DNA from: Balanoglossus misakiensis
Taxonomy: Eukaryota > Animalia > Hemichordata
Reading direction: 5' to 3'
Assembly (NCBI GenBank): GCA_040954595.2
Contig: CM082591.2
Coordinates: 11,735,309-11,799,308 of the forward strand
DNA: 64,000 bases
In this document: positions 40,201 to 50,961 of the stretch, piece after piece
How the letters are laid out: the number at the start of each line of letters is the position of its first letter
How positions within the stretch are numbered: the first letter of the stretch is position 1
Notes under the pieces: model-generated
The model's database searches: none
The model's input: the letters and a program-made list of their open reading frames with translations, nothing else
Told to the model about the DNA's origin: nothing
Program-made: the position numbers and the translations under genes

Positions 40201-43200
40201 TTTTTACTTTGACCCCGCGTTTTGAAGATGAACTTGACCTCTGACCTTGTCGGTCATGTAATCATTGGATAGCCCGTCCCCTACTTTATAAGACCCAATG
40301 TTTAAATTTTTTCTCTAGCTTTCTCAGATCCTGAAATATATCATTTTTTAACTGTATGAGTACCCCTAAAATTATGCTATCGTTACCATGACAACCGCTC
40401 CTCACGGCCACACCCACCATTAATATGAGTGCAAACAACCTGATTCTGACAGCTGGATAAATAGGCTTTCCAAAAATATATGTCTGCAAAACTCCTCAAG
40501 GGGGGGGGGGGGAGGGTTTCGGTCTCTGGCCCATGGACTATATTGTTATGTCTGCAGGATGATAAAACTAATCAGGTCATCAAATATTCCATTGACCAAA
40601 AAAATTCTGTTTGCACAAAATATTCTGGCCAATCCCCCTTTGCTAAGCTGATTTCAGTAGCTCGAGGTTTTGCCTTGGTTAACAGTCTCCCCTCGGCGAC
40701 ACGGGTCAAATGTGGTTTGTCGCCAACCTTCACGATTAAGCAACGGTTTCCAGTCGTTTCGGCCCCTAAGTTTTACAACGAATTTAACAAATGCCCCCAC
40801 TTGTTGGGGTTGGGGTAGCTGCAATGATTGTAGCGAGTGCTGAGTGTGTTCGCAGCCCCCAGTAAACCAGTCAACCTAGCAGCACCAGCTCCCCGGGCAC
40901 CTCTGTCTTCCAAGTTCCAGGAAAACGGAAATCACAAATTATAACCGGAAATAATTCAGCTGTAGTACCATAATTCACTCACATTCACAATGCATTGTGT
41001 GATGATAATGTTGCATGGCGACTTTGTCACGACTATTCATTGATCACGTCTCAGATAAATTCAGTGGAGGGACTGGACGTGTTCAGGCAATGTTTTACAT
41101 CCCCAGAAAAGTGCTTCCCTCTTGTGCAAACAGTGTACAAATGTATTATGTTTCCTATCACATGATGATTACAGAATGCCACTCAGTCAGGACGTAAGTG
41201 GGGTAATTACGGCGGTGAGATCAAAGAGATCTATTTGAATGTGAACGTCGCTGAGTGGCAGTTACGGCCAGTTCGAAACATTTTCAAACAGAGATTGTCG
41301 GTACTACAAGTGATCGTAGTGCACCCATTTTTCTAAGACGTGTATGAAACACCATAGTCAATGATAGGATGATTTTTCGTGAAGTTTTAACTACGCATTC
41401 CCGAGATAGACAGTTTCGGTATGTTGGTTTAAATTGTGGTCCTTGACTCTCGGCAAAGATTTCTTGTCTTGAAAAAAATTGGGTAGGTTAGGAAGATATT
41501 GAACTAAGTTACCATGAAATTATAATGTTGAGAGCCGCTCCGTTGTGGAGTAATGACGGTGTAAAAATTGCCTTCGCCATCAACGAGTACAGCCGTGTTT
41601 GCCATATGTGTATGCATTGAAGTTGGTCAACGCATGTTAACCCATGACGTAATGGCTTCCTTTTCAACGCATCTTATCTCTCATTAGCATATTCATGGTT
41701 CCACAGCTGTCAATCACACTGAACCCTCAGCCAATCAGAGCCGAGAAAAGTCATGCTGTTCACACAACCGCCATTTTGTCCCACATATAATCAACAACAT
41801 GGCCCAGCCTACAGTACACGCTCAGTTAGAGATAGACAGACTGGAAGTTATTTTTCAGTTTCAGGAACTTAATGGTTTTAAAATATCGGCCAGAATAGTG
41901 AAGAGATGCGCCTGGGGGACGTGTAAATCAGATGAAAGGTACCTTGACCCAACATCGAGTATATTTTTTGTTCTGTTTCCGAAGCCAAAAACGCACAGAG
42001 AGAGGTGTCTCAGGTGGTGGATATTAAAAGTTTGCGTTTAGATTTTAAACTGACACGTCTTCAATATAAATATTCAACAATGATTTTATTGCTTAAGTGT
42101 TTGAAAATTTTGAAATTCATATGCTGCTTGCAATTTCCATTTGAAATGTCAATGTTGTTCGACCCGTTATAAAATGTCCGGCGTTGTAAACAATGGGGCC
42201 GCGCGCTGTCAATCCAAGTAACGTTCACGTAGTTTTCTGACTATTTGCCGCGTTATCAGTGTTTTCATCCATATTTACCTACCAAAAATATCGTCAGGTG
42301 AAGTGACACCTCTTGTGTCTCATATTTCGTCTGATTTCACTCAGAAACAGCACGATAAACTTAACCTTTGGGGCCCGTTATTACTAACAGCTGATCGTGG
42401 TTTCATGTCCGTTTGCGTGTGACCCCGACACGGGACCCCGACTGCATAACTTGATCTGTCGATCCTTTTAAAATAGTGCTATTTTTCGCTGAAATGTTTA
42501 AAATTCACAAAGAAGCTCACTTTCATGGACACTTGGTCTATGTATGTGATAAATATATAATTCCCCCGTATTCCTCACTCGTGTACCTGCGTCGCGAACT
42601 CGACATACCAAGTATAGCCTGCGGCCCGGGGGGATACGGCCGCGACCGTCCGCGATGCAGGCACTCTCGTTCGAAATACGGGGGAATTATACCTCATTAA
42701 ACCCTTTTCCTGTGACTTCTTGGATAGGTTTTTTAACTCTGGTAGGTAGCATACAGAAATATCGCCAGGAACGTTGTGCAGACTATCGCTGAATGAATCT
42801 AGTTTCCCCATCCACGTTGTGGAGCTATGGAGGTCAATGTCCCACAAGCTCGAAGCTTGTGGGGCGTAGCAACAGTAACCAAGGGGGGCGTGGCTTATTA
42901 CCGTAGGGTGGAACTATGAATTACATACAGAGTCTATACACTGTCCACGCTGACTGACTTCTCAGGACTGACCTATGGCACTGTAAATTGTGGTCCTTGA
43001 CTCTCGGCATGGATATATTCATGTCAAAATTATGAATAGAGGAGTTTAATAATGTTTCCAAAACCTGAGGGGGTTAATTTTTGTGTGGGTATGGCTGATA
43101 TTTTTTTTTGGATTTTTTAACTTCAAGGTCACTTTGAATTTCGTGATCACAATTTTGTCAGTGGAAGTAAAGAAATTCTTCTCGATAAAACTTCATGAAA

Positions 43201-46200
43201 AATCACATGTAGTACACTCATAGTACCAGTAATGTGCCTGGGGTGAAATAATTGTCAGAAATGGGTTGCAAGTTGCTTAACTTTCGTTGTGAAAAAAGTT
43301 GAAAAACTGTATGCAAATGAGCAATTCAAACGTTACTGGCCAGTTCAAGTGTTTGCATTGCATGATCCCCTGCTGTTTAATTACCCCACTTACGTCCTGA
43401 CTGACTGGCTCTGGTAAAATATTGTTTGTAAAATTGTATACTTGTACATTACTAGTATTATCATTAATTCACATAAACATGCGACTGGTGGTATGTGACA
43501 TCGCCCTGTGCATATATGTCACTATGGTCAAGAATGAACGTGCCTTGGCTGAATATATGGCCAGATGGCTAATAGGCATATGTGTTTTTATGTTCGTATA
43601 GACAGAGAATTGTGCATTCATTATTCCCAGAGGGACTTTAGCTCTATACTGCCAGTACTGGTATAAATATCATGGAAATACCAATCTGAGAAGAAAATAA
43701 TCTTAATCTGTATCTGTTATACATAAAGCACATTATATTAAAAAAAATCTCAGATCGAATAAGAGAAATAAAACAAATTACAATAGAACTTTACAGGCAT
43801 TACATTGAAAACATACTGCCAGAAATTATACATTATGGTATTGTTATGTCTGCAGGATGATAAAACTAATCAGGTCATCAAATATTCCATTGACCATATC
43901 CTGTCAACAACTCAACAAGACCTCATGAAATTTTAATTTGATGTTGTTTTTTCCAAAAATAAACAAACATATTGTTGTGGTTCTAAACACAAATCCCAAT
44001 TGGTGCTGATAAGAAATGTAATAGAGGGGCCCTAAATTTGCATGTGATCTTTTGTGACCAGGTGGGTCCCAATTTTAGTCAAAACAGCAAAAAAAATCTT
44101 TAGCAGAAAATTCTACGAAAATGGAGTAGATAGGTGAATAAATATCTTCGGGGAGGCCAAAACGGGAGTGACCCCCCGAAAAAAAATGATGGAGGGGCCC
44201 TAAAAATTGCACCCCATTATTTTCGGGTAGTTGGGTCCCCATAGAAGCCAAAACAGCAAAAAAATCAATTTTAGAACAAAAATCCTACGGGAATACACAT
44301 CATACCACACTATACCCGTTTTACAGTTGTTACGGTAGAAAAAAAACGGGAGCACACAATGGAGTTTGTAGTTCAACAACACAATGTTTAATTGAAAAAT
44401 TAACTTTCTAAAATCAAAAGGTCGCACAGAAAAAAAATGTTCTATGTGTTTTACGTACCCTGCTTGGTCGAGGAGTTACTGAGTCCACAAAAGTCCTGGC
44501 CGAACTCAAGCCTCACCAAGGCACACAAGTCCATTGCTGACAAAGTCCAACATTCACGGAAGCCAGTTGCTCACAGAAGTCAGTTGCTCACAGTAGTCCG
44601 TTGCTCACACGAAGTCCGTTGCTCACAGAAAGTCTGTTGCTCACAGAAGTCAGTTGCTCACAGTAGTCCGTTGCTCACACGAAGTCCGTTGCTCACAGAA
44701 AGTCTGTTGCTCACAGAAGTCAGTTGCTCACAGTAGTCCGTTGCTCACACGAAGTCCGTTGCTCACAGAAAGTCCGTTGCTCACAGAAAGTCAGTTGCTC
44801 ACAGAAGTCAGTTGCTCACAGTAGTCCGTTGCTCACACAAAGTCCGTTGCTCACAGAAAGTCTGTTGCTCACAGAAGTCAGTTGCTCACAGAAGTCAGTT
44901 GCTCACAGTAGTCCGTTGCTCACACAAAGTCTGTTGCTGACAGAGTCCAGCCCAGCTAGGTAAATTCCTAATTCCCAAGGCGATGTGGAGCTGGAGTGAC
45001 ATGCTCCTCCGAGTCAGTGTTGAGAAGTGTGCCTCGTGGTTTTTGTGAGAAGGCCTTTTATATGGGTGACCATCTGGTTATTACTAATATTTAAATGAAC
45101 TAGTTGAAAAGGCAGGGCCCTTTGTTATAAATGCAAAGAAAAGCTACCCCTCTCTCGACTAAGCAACTAAACAGGGTGTGTCATAACACAGTATTCTTTA
45201 TTGCTGTATCTTTGAAATTGAAAGTATTGAATTTCATTTTATTGTCTTTTGAAAATCCTGGAAAAGATATTTTTTTTCTGAAAATGTCCACAAAATTTCC
45301 AAATGATAACCAGTGCTATGAGCCTATGATTAAGCGATTACCCCTGCCACAGGCGGGTATACACAAGATTTGGGTACAATTCGAGACATGTAGCACGAGT
45401 CATTAGGCGAGTGCTATTTGGAGCGAATTACACGCCTGCACCATCTTGAGTAAGTCGGCTGACATACTGACTGATCCTTAGAGTGTGAAAAGTTGAAACT
45501 GTGTTACAAACTGTTTGAAGCAAAACATGTTATTTTCGCGATATCAAAAGAGGCAACTGTTTTGCGAGTATTAATTTTCGCATTCTCTTATGAAAAGAAC
45601 AATTCACGTTATTTTGGCTCTTTTATTTATTGCTCGCGAAAATAACATGTTTCACAGTATTTTTGTCCAAGTACTACTCCCAATTCTGATGTATTGATTT
45701 GTGTTGTAATGACTTTCTGCACATCAGGTATATTTCATTGAAGTGACTCTAGAAAGTGGGAAGTCATACCTGATTGTAAGACGACATAGTCATTTTAACA
45801 CTCTACAAGAACGATTAGATGACAGATTCCCCAATGAAGCCGGTTATGCAGGACCAAGGAAATTACCAACCTTACCAGGTAAAAAATTACTCATTCGTGA
45901 GAAGAATTCAAGCATTGTTAAAGGCCCAATAGCTGCCATTTTTGGCATTTTTTTTCAAACTTAGAGTGGTCTATTTAAATGGACTTACTGATGGGTATAC
46001 ACCAACATGTAATCAACCTCTGATTGTGGCTGCATATTTAAATATGATCAAGTTCAGTAATAAATGGGTGCCACACCCATTTACATGTATTCAGTTGCCC
46101 ATTACAAGAGTATTATACAACTGTCATTGTATTATTTTGTGAAGTTGTAGATCGCTTGGAGTAGAGTGCTTAATACGTGATTGAGCCGAATATAGTAAAC

Positions 46201-49200
46201 TCTGTACATGTCCTGGGTACATACTATGTGCAGCTATCATTGTTTGTACACATGATGTTAGAATCTTCACAAATTCAAAACAGTGTCATTTGTCAACTAA
46301 GGATATTAAGGAGAAGATTCAAGTGTTTCATTAATTACAAAATATGCTACCAGTGACAGCTATTGGGGCTATAATGAAAGTTGTACTGATTGTAAGACTG
46401 AAGCTCATAATCATGACAGCTTTTAACCTCTACCACCCAAAATGATACAATTATGAGTATAAGTGGAGTATTTATAGTTTATTCCCAAAAAATAATGACT
46501 AACTAAATTGTGACTGTGTTTTATTTATGCCTGGCATTGACAACATAGCATTCAAATCTGTGTACTTTTTGTTCACAGGCAAAATTTATTTGAAAAGAAG
46601 TGCTGTAAGAGAAGTGGCAGACAGGAGAGTTCCTGATCTCAACAGATATCTCAAGGTAATTAATCCATAATGCATTTTGTACAAATCTGTGTGTTGTGCA
46701 CACCAAGGTAGTTACGTTTAAATCCCCATCCCTTGGAATGTATACATGTATGTGTACCAATTAACTGAGGTCTTCAAAATCTGCATTTAGGGCCAAATTT
46801 CTGGAGACACCAGTGTGTGCAGCATTCAAAATGTATTGGTTTTGTTATTCATAAAAGCTGTAGCAGATTGATATGTGTAACTACTTGAAGAACTCTGACA
46901 GAACTTAAAGGGACAAAGTCTCTCTCTCTCGCTGCCCGATTTCCATTAATTATGTTTGATACAAGACACTTTTTGTGTTATTCTACATGTGGATGTATAG
47001 TGACGTTCGACCACACACAACTTCAATCCTGTTTGTAGGATATGAGAGTGAAAACTCGCCAAAATGAATAAATGGTAAACACCGATTATTCATTTTGGCG
47101 AGTTTTTCACTCTCGTGTCTGCAAGTGGGATGGAAGTTGTGTGTGGTCGAATATTGAACTATATATCCACGTGTAGAATGACATAAACGGTGTCTTGTAT
47201 GAAACATAAATAATGAAAAAAGGGCAGCAAGAGAGAGAGGCTTTTGTCCCTTTAAGTCAGTAGCAGCATGGCAGCACTGGATACAGTTCATTGCAATTCA
47301 ACTTCTCAATTTCTTCTCCCTTCAGAAACTGGTAGGTCTCGACCCAAGGATTTCCCAGCATGATATAGTGATGGATTTCCTTTGTCAGACGCCAGGAGAC
47401 ATCGACACACCAGTCATCAAAGCTCCCAACGGTAAAATACAGCATGTGACACCATCAGAGAAGGCAAGATGGTTGGCACACCAACAACAGCAAGACAGCA
47501 AAAGCAAAACACAGTGAGTACAGCTTGATTTCATTTGTGCTATCAGTGTACATGAATAGTTTGAAGTGTAAATGTAAGACTTTCTGTACTTAAAGGCTGG
47601 TGATTGTGTTATACACATGTGTGTAATTTCATGTGTACAAACATTACGTCCAATCCAAATGTTCTGCAAATTTTGCGTTCGATGCATTCAAATAGTGGAC
47701 TGCCTTTGCTTCCTTCCATATTTCATGCACGCAGAAGGAAACTTAAGTTTTTCACCCAATTTGCTGTCTTTTTCTGATCTCCAACACAGATTATGGTCAC
47801 TGCCATCTTGTCTGTTGTAATAGGACAGCACATGCCTTATGGCATTGACTTTGTACAATTTTTGTAACCAGAGTCTCATGTTGTTGGCCAAAGAGTGCCC
47901 ACATTTGTCAGATAGGGTATAGATAATATGTTGGTCTTAAAAATCGCATCAATGCAGTTGTTAAATAGAACAGTTTTATTTGCATTGACATCACTTATCT
48001 CAAATTGAAAAATGTTTCATCTGGCCTATGGGTGGGGGTATTTACATCCATATAATGCATATTGATATATATGTTCGCACCCACTAGCAAAATGGGGACC
48101 AGTGCCCCTTAAAATGATGTCACTCACCCGTTGGAGATATTTCATCTCCCTCCCCCCTTGCCAGAGTGGAATCCCCTCCAAATATTCTGGCAATGGGAGA
48201 CTGTGTTTGTGATGTTGAAATTAAGTCAGTGATTGGGAAGTCAAGCGCCCTGCGCCATAGTCGCATTGAACTGAAATGTGACGCATTGAAATTTGTTACT
48301 TTGCGCCCGAAGTGGGCATTGAAATTTGAGTCCGAAATACTTAGGAAAAAATTTTTTGTTTAGCATCCTCGCCTATGAGGCCATCAAGGCGTCCTATAAA
48401 TAGCCTCATTTTATGGTGCCCATAGTAACACTACAAATTGCAACAAGTAACGCAGCTCAGCGTACCGATCGCAACAGGTCATGCCATGCGTTCGAATGCG
48501 TCTGCAAAATACTTCACTTGTACACAGGATAGCAGACGGCAGACACCCGTGATGTCGATTTTGAGAGGCCGTAGTGATGTCAAAAAGAAGCATAAAAGGA
48601 AGGCATATCTTTTCAGCAGCAAGACTGTCGTTTCCATCATCAATTTGTGGATTTTATCAAGCCTAAAATCTTCGCTTTTGCTCACTTTTGCTCGTCATGT
48701 TAAAGTTGTATGTCGCATACATAGTCAAAGCATGCCTTGCATGCTATTGTGTTATCTAACCAAGTGAGAAAAATAGCAAACATTGTTTTCAAACTTGTCC
48801 CTGTACAGCCATTCTTCAATTAATGAGTATGGTTTTAGTATAACCCAGGCAAAATCTACATCAAAATGTCTGACTATTTCCACTGACTTCGATAAACATG
48901 ACTGCATATGCATGGCACACATAGAGTATAATGCAATTCCTTTATTAAAATTATGTAAAATGACATCACAACTTAAACCTATGCAGGCTACTCCAGTACC
49001 GTGGCAACCATTTTCTTGAAGCTAGACTACCTAAATCATTCATAATCCCTCATTATGTAAACAAGACGTCAATTTTGAAATTTTCCTAGGAAGCTAAACA
49101 AAACTTTTTTTTGCTTAAATAGTACATAATAGTGACAAAGCTGAGAAACAGCTTGCGAGACTCCTGCTGATTCGACTTGAAGGAAAAAAACTTTCACACC

Positions 49201-50443
49201 AATACCTTTGGAGACATTTGCATGGAAAGAAGAGACTGATAAAAACATGTTATATAGACATGTAAATGACAATATAAACAATTTTGAACTGATGATATTT
49301 TGCATCTAAATTTCATTCGATTTTTTTGTCGATACTGTAGGGCTCATTACAAATTTTGAATGTCCCATTGAAGTTCAAAATGGCCCATTCATTTTGGCTG
49401 GGATGGGGCCATTGGCGCATTGGTGTTTTCAGACTTCCCAATCACTGATTAAGTGAGGTCGTCTCACTACTATGCTGGGAGTCATTGAAACCGATTTGAA
49501 ATAAGAGCCTGCATGACTTCACCTCTCCCTCTGTCCATATTGCAGACTTGGTGTCAAACCAGAACCACCGCCAACAACAAGTGTCAAAGAAAATAAACCA
49601 GTCACTGTAGCTGCAATCACTGGACCCAGGGCCCTGGTAAGCATGTTGAATTTGTATTGAATAAATGGACTGATAGACTTTTATAGACAGGAACACAGTC
49701 AGTGACATACAGGGGAAGAGAGGGGTGGACAATGGCAGACAGGGGAGGGGGTGTATTGACACAGACTATATAGGAGACAGGGAGACCATGACAAGACTGC
49801 AAATCAAGAAATCAGGGTTACAGATTCGAGGTCAACTTGATCTACATGTAGCTTATCAGTGTATTTTCTCTGAGTCAGCCCTATTGTGCCTTTGCATGTA
49901 GTGTGGATAATTTTCTTGGGTCACCAGTGAGTTTATTGAGTCAGATCAGTGGCACGTTATACAGGCTTAGAGGACACACTGGCCTTTATCCAAATACGTG
50001 TATGGTCAACCAGGACGTTATTCTGTAATGCACGCGCATGGGTTAAGCTGTTAAATTTGTTCTGTATGCAAAATGCATACAGTGGTCCCTTCTTTTCACC
50101 AAATTTGCTGTATTTTCCCGATCTCAACACAGACTATGGTCCCGCCCTCTTGTCTGTTGTATTGTAAGGACAGCACACAGCCTTATGGCATTGACCGTGT
50201 ACAAATATTGTAACCAGAGATCTCTGGTTTGACACATCTGATATGCGCATAAGACGAACACCATCGCCCTTTAAATGTTTTGATATTTCATGCAAAGGTT
50301 TCATTTTGGTACCAACACTGCTGTGTGTTGTTTAAACACCACAGGCCCTGTATGACTTTGTTGCAACGACTAGCGGAGAATTGAGTTTCAAGAAAGGTGA
50401 TGTCATTCCAATAACCGGAAGAATTGATGCAAGTTGGATTGAA
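28128..50443 (+). CDS. NCF4: p40phox/NCF4-like PX-SH3 gene (start codon and 3' exons not found)
   Basis: GT-AG exons 28128-28227, 45728-45878, 46579-46655, 47326-47513, 49546-49636, 50345-50443 join in frame without stops. PX: [76 protein letters not shown]3: PRAL|[19 protein letters not shown]. Intron positions match vertebrate NCF4 exons 2-7 as I recall them. Confidence 0.8.
28786..29211. mobile_element. TTAA- (or TA-) targeting MITE
   Basis: TTAA|ACCCCGGTGCGG...CCGCACCGGGGT|TTAA; empty site GGTTAACAG at ~40677. Confidence 0.8.
29820..31269 (+). mobile_element. Hairpin-ended element H3 copy 2, split by an Academ MITE
   Basis: Inverted copy of 15130-15565; empty site GTGCATATATGTCAC at ~43508 shows no TSD. 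Confidence 0.8.
30009..31000 (-). mobile_element. Academ-type MITE family A1, TIR variant CAGGCA(G/A)GGCAAAGGGGGGGTAATTA
   Basis: 26-bp TIR; 4-bp TSD TAGG confirmed against the uninterrupted H3 copy. Confidence 0.8.
31863..32258. mobile_element. AcademH-like insertion in the left Academ TIR
   Basis: TAG...CTA ends; 9-bp TSD GGTCTTATA; absent from the right TIR. Confidence 0.7.
34699..35752 (+). mobile_element. Internally deleted hAT element with 6-bp TSD
   Basis: AGTAAT|CAGGGCTCGAAAA...TTTTCGAGGCCTG|AGTAAT; subterminal GGCAAGT/TTGCCC repeats at both ends. Confidence 0.85.
35165..35656 (+). CDS. hAT transposase N-terminus (TTF-type zinc finger, ZNF862-like), truncated
   Basis: [40 protein letters not shown] fits the ZnF_TTF pattern; no catalytic domain follows. 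Confidence 0.75.
   Translation: MSLLRYFSSNASGSTDSKKRRDLSESEGASESDARSKHQRYDADKRQRNYLPKWEEQWPWLTYSENKMFCKVCLKYPTIAKSMGKRNAFFDGCDIFRVESMKSHDSGRPHLECLARYRRDSADASATITLGDTPIGLALRKLTTDQQRKYRNLLLVRKCCLSW
36603..37335. mobile_element. Kolobok-type MITE K2 copy 2
   Basis: TTAA|GGTGGCACTGCATGAAA...TTTCATGCAGTGCCACC|TTAA. Confidence 0.85.
38441..38737. mobile_element. AT-TSD MITE (ISL2EU-like) in the right Academ TIR
   Basis: AT|TCTTCGCTATCAA...TTGATAGTAAAGA|AT; empty site in the left TIR at ~32640. Confidence 0.7.
38797..39965 (+). mobile_element. Kolobok-type K1 copy B
   Basis: TTAA TSD confirmed by a single TTAA at the matching left-TIR site (~32585). Confidence 0.9.
41184..43403 (+). mobile_element. 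Academ-type MITE A1, TIR variant CAGTCAGGACGTAAGTGGGGTAATTA
   Basis: Perfect 26-bp TIR; 3-bp TSD ACT confirmed by empty site at ~29714. Confidence 0.85.
41693..42919 (+). mobile_element. Internally deleted ISL2EU-type element
   Basis: AT|TCATGGTTCCAC...GTGGAACTATGA|AT; THAP-like start [21 protein letters not shown] on + (41897-42018); convergent - strand ORF start at 42847. Confidence 0.75.
44328..45188 (-). mobile_element. Solo LTR (Gypsy-type)
   Basis: CAGT|TGTTA...TAACA|CAGT (4-bp TSD); - strand TATAAAAGG at ~45053-45062 and ATTAAA at ~44387-44392. Confidence 0.8.
44527..44945. repeat. 17-18 bp minisatellite (AGTCNGTTGCTCACA..) with 70-bp higher-order period, inside the LTR
   Basis: About 23 directly abutting units; a 4-unit block recurs at 44578, 44648, 44718. 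Confidence 0.95.
45728..45878 (+). CDS. NCF4: NCF4-like exon, PX core
   Basis: cag|GTA TAT TTC..TTA CCA G|gtaaaa; [50 protein letters not shown]. Confidence 0.9.
46579..46655 (+). CDS. NCF4: NCF4-like exon, PX
   Basis: cacag|GC AAA..CTC AAG|gtaatt; [26 protein letters not shown]. Confidence 0.9.
46909..47251. mobile_element. Kolobok-type foldback MITE K3
   Basis: TTAA|AGGGACAAAG...TTTTGTCCCT|TTAA; relatives at 51930-52204 and ~9390-9719. Confidence 0.8.
47326..47513 (+). CDS. NCF4: NCF4-like exon, PX end and linker
   Basis: ttcag|AAA CTG..ACA CA|gtgagt; [25 protein letters not shown]... Confidence 0.85.
47748..50220 (+). repeat. Dispersed ~130-bp repeat in two introns (47748-47875 and 50093-50220)
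   Basis: TTTTCACC(C/A)AATTTGCTG...CAACACAGA...GGACAGCACA...TGTAACCAGAG present in both. Confidence 0.75.
49546..49636 (+). CDS. NCF4: NCF4-like exon, linker to SH3
   Basis: tgcag|A CTT GGT..GCC CTG|gtaagc; [30 protein letters not shown]. Confidence 0.8.
50345..50443 (+). CDS. NCF4: NCF4-like exon, SH3 first part
   Basis: cacag|GCC CTG TAT GAC TTT..ATT GAA|gtaaga; [33 protein letters not shown]. Confidence 0.9.
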
Positions 50444-50961
50444 GTAAGAATATCATTTTATTATGTTATTTCCTGGAGAATGGAGTATAAAATGAAATAG
50501 AGACTTTGAAGATTAAATTTTAATAAGGTTCCAGAATTTGCACTGATGCAAATGCAAAATCAGTGTCGCGTCCACAGGACGTTCTATACGTGGGCGCATT
50601 TCAATGTCACGAAGTTTTGGAGCAAGACTGAAGTAGATTAATTCTTGCGGGGATATGCATTTCTGTTGCGGAGAAAAGACTTGAATAATGCTCCAACTTT
50701 CGGCAAAATTGTTTTTGTTTTTTTTCGCTGTGTCCATTCTGCCATAAAATTAATTGTCATGATCGAAATAAAAGAATGCATAAAGCCAGTTTTGTAGCTG
50801 CATTGAAATCTAAATGAAATATTATCGTCGGGGCATCCATTGGACATAAACAGTTTCCTAACGTACTTCGATCTTCCAATAGGAGTTTGTCCCTGATAGT
50901 ATAAACCTGCTATATCATCTTATGGAGAGGTAATTCTTGCTTGTACAGGTGAACGCGTACA

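Larger units (their letters stand above)
31596..40540 (-). mobile_element. Decayed Academ DNA transposon, 8.9 kb, ~1.5-kb TIRs, five nested insertions
   Basis: TAT|TAGTCCATGGGCCAGAGACC...GGTCTCTGGCCCATGGACTA|TAT; empty sites at ~27890 and ~43838. TIRs span 31596-33492 and 37558-40540. Confidence 0.9.
27408..44018 (+). repeat. Triplicated block: 27408-28069 (partial), 28705-40597, 40598-44018
   Basis: ACGATTAAGCAACGG...CCAAGTTC and TGGCCAGATGGCTAATAGG...CCATTGACCA each occur three times, with different insertions in each copy. Confidence 0.9.

Noticed and set aside
44527-44945. CRISPR-like short repeat array
   Set aside because: Units abut with no unique spacers, there are no cas genes, and it lies inside an LTR in eukaryotic DNA.
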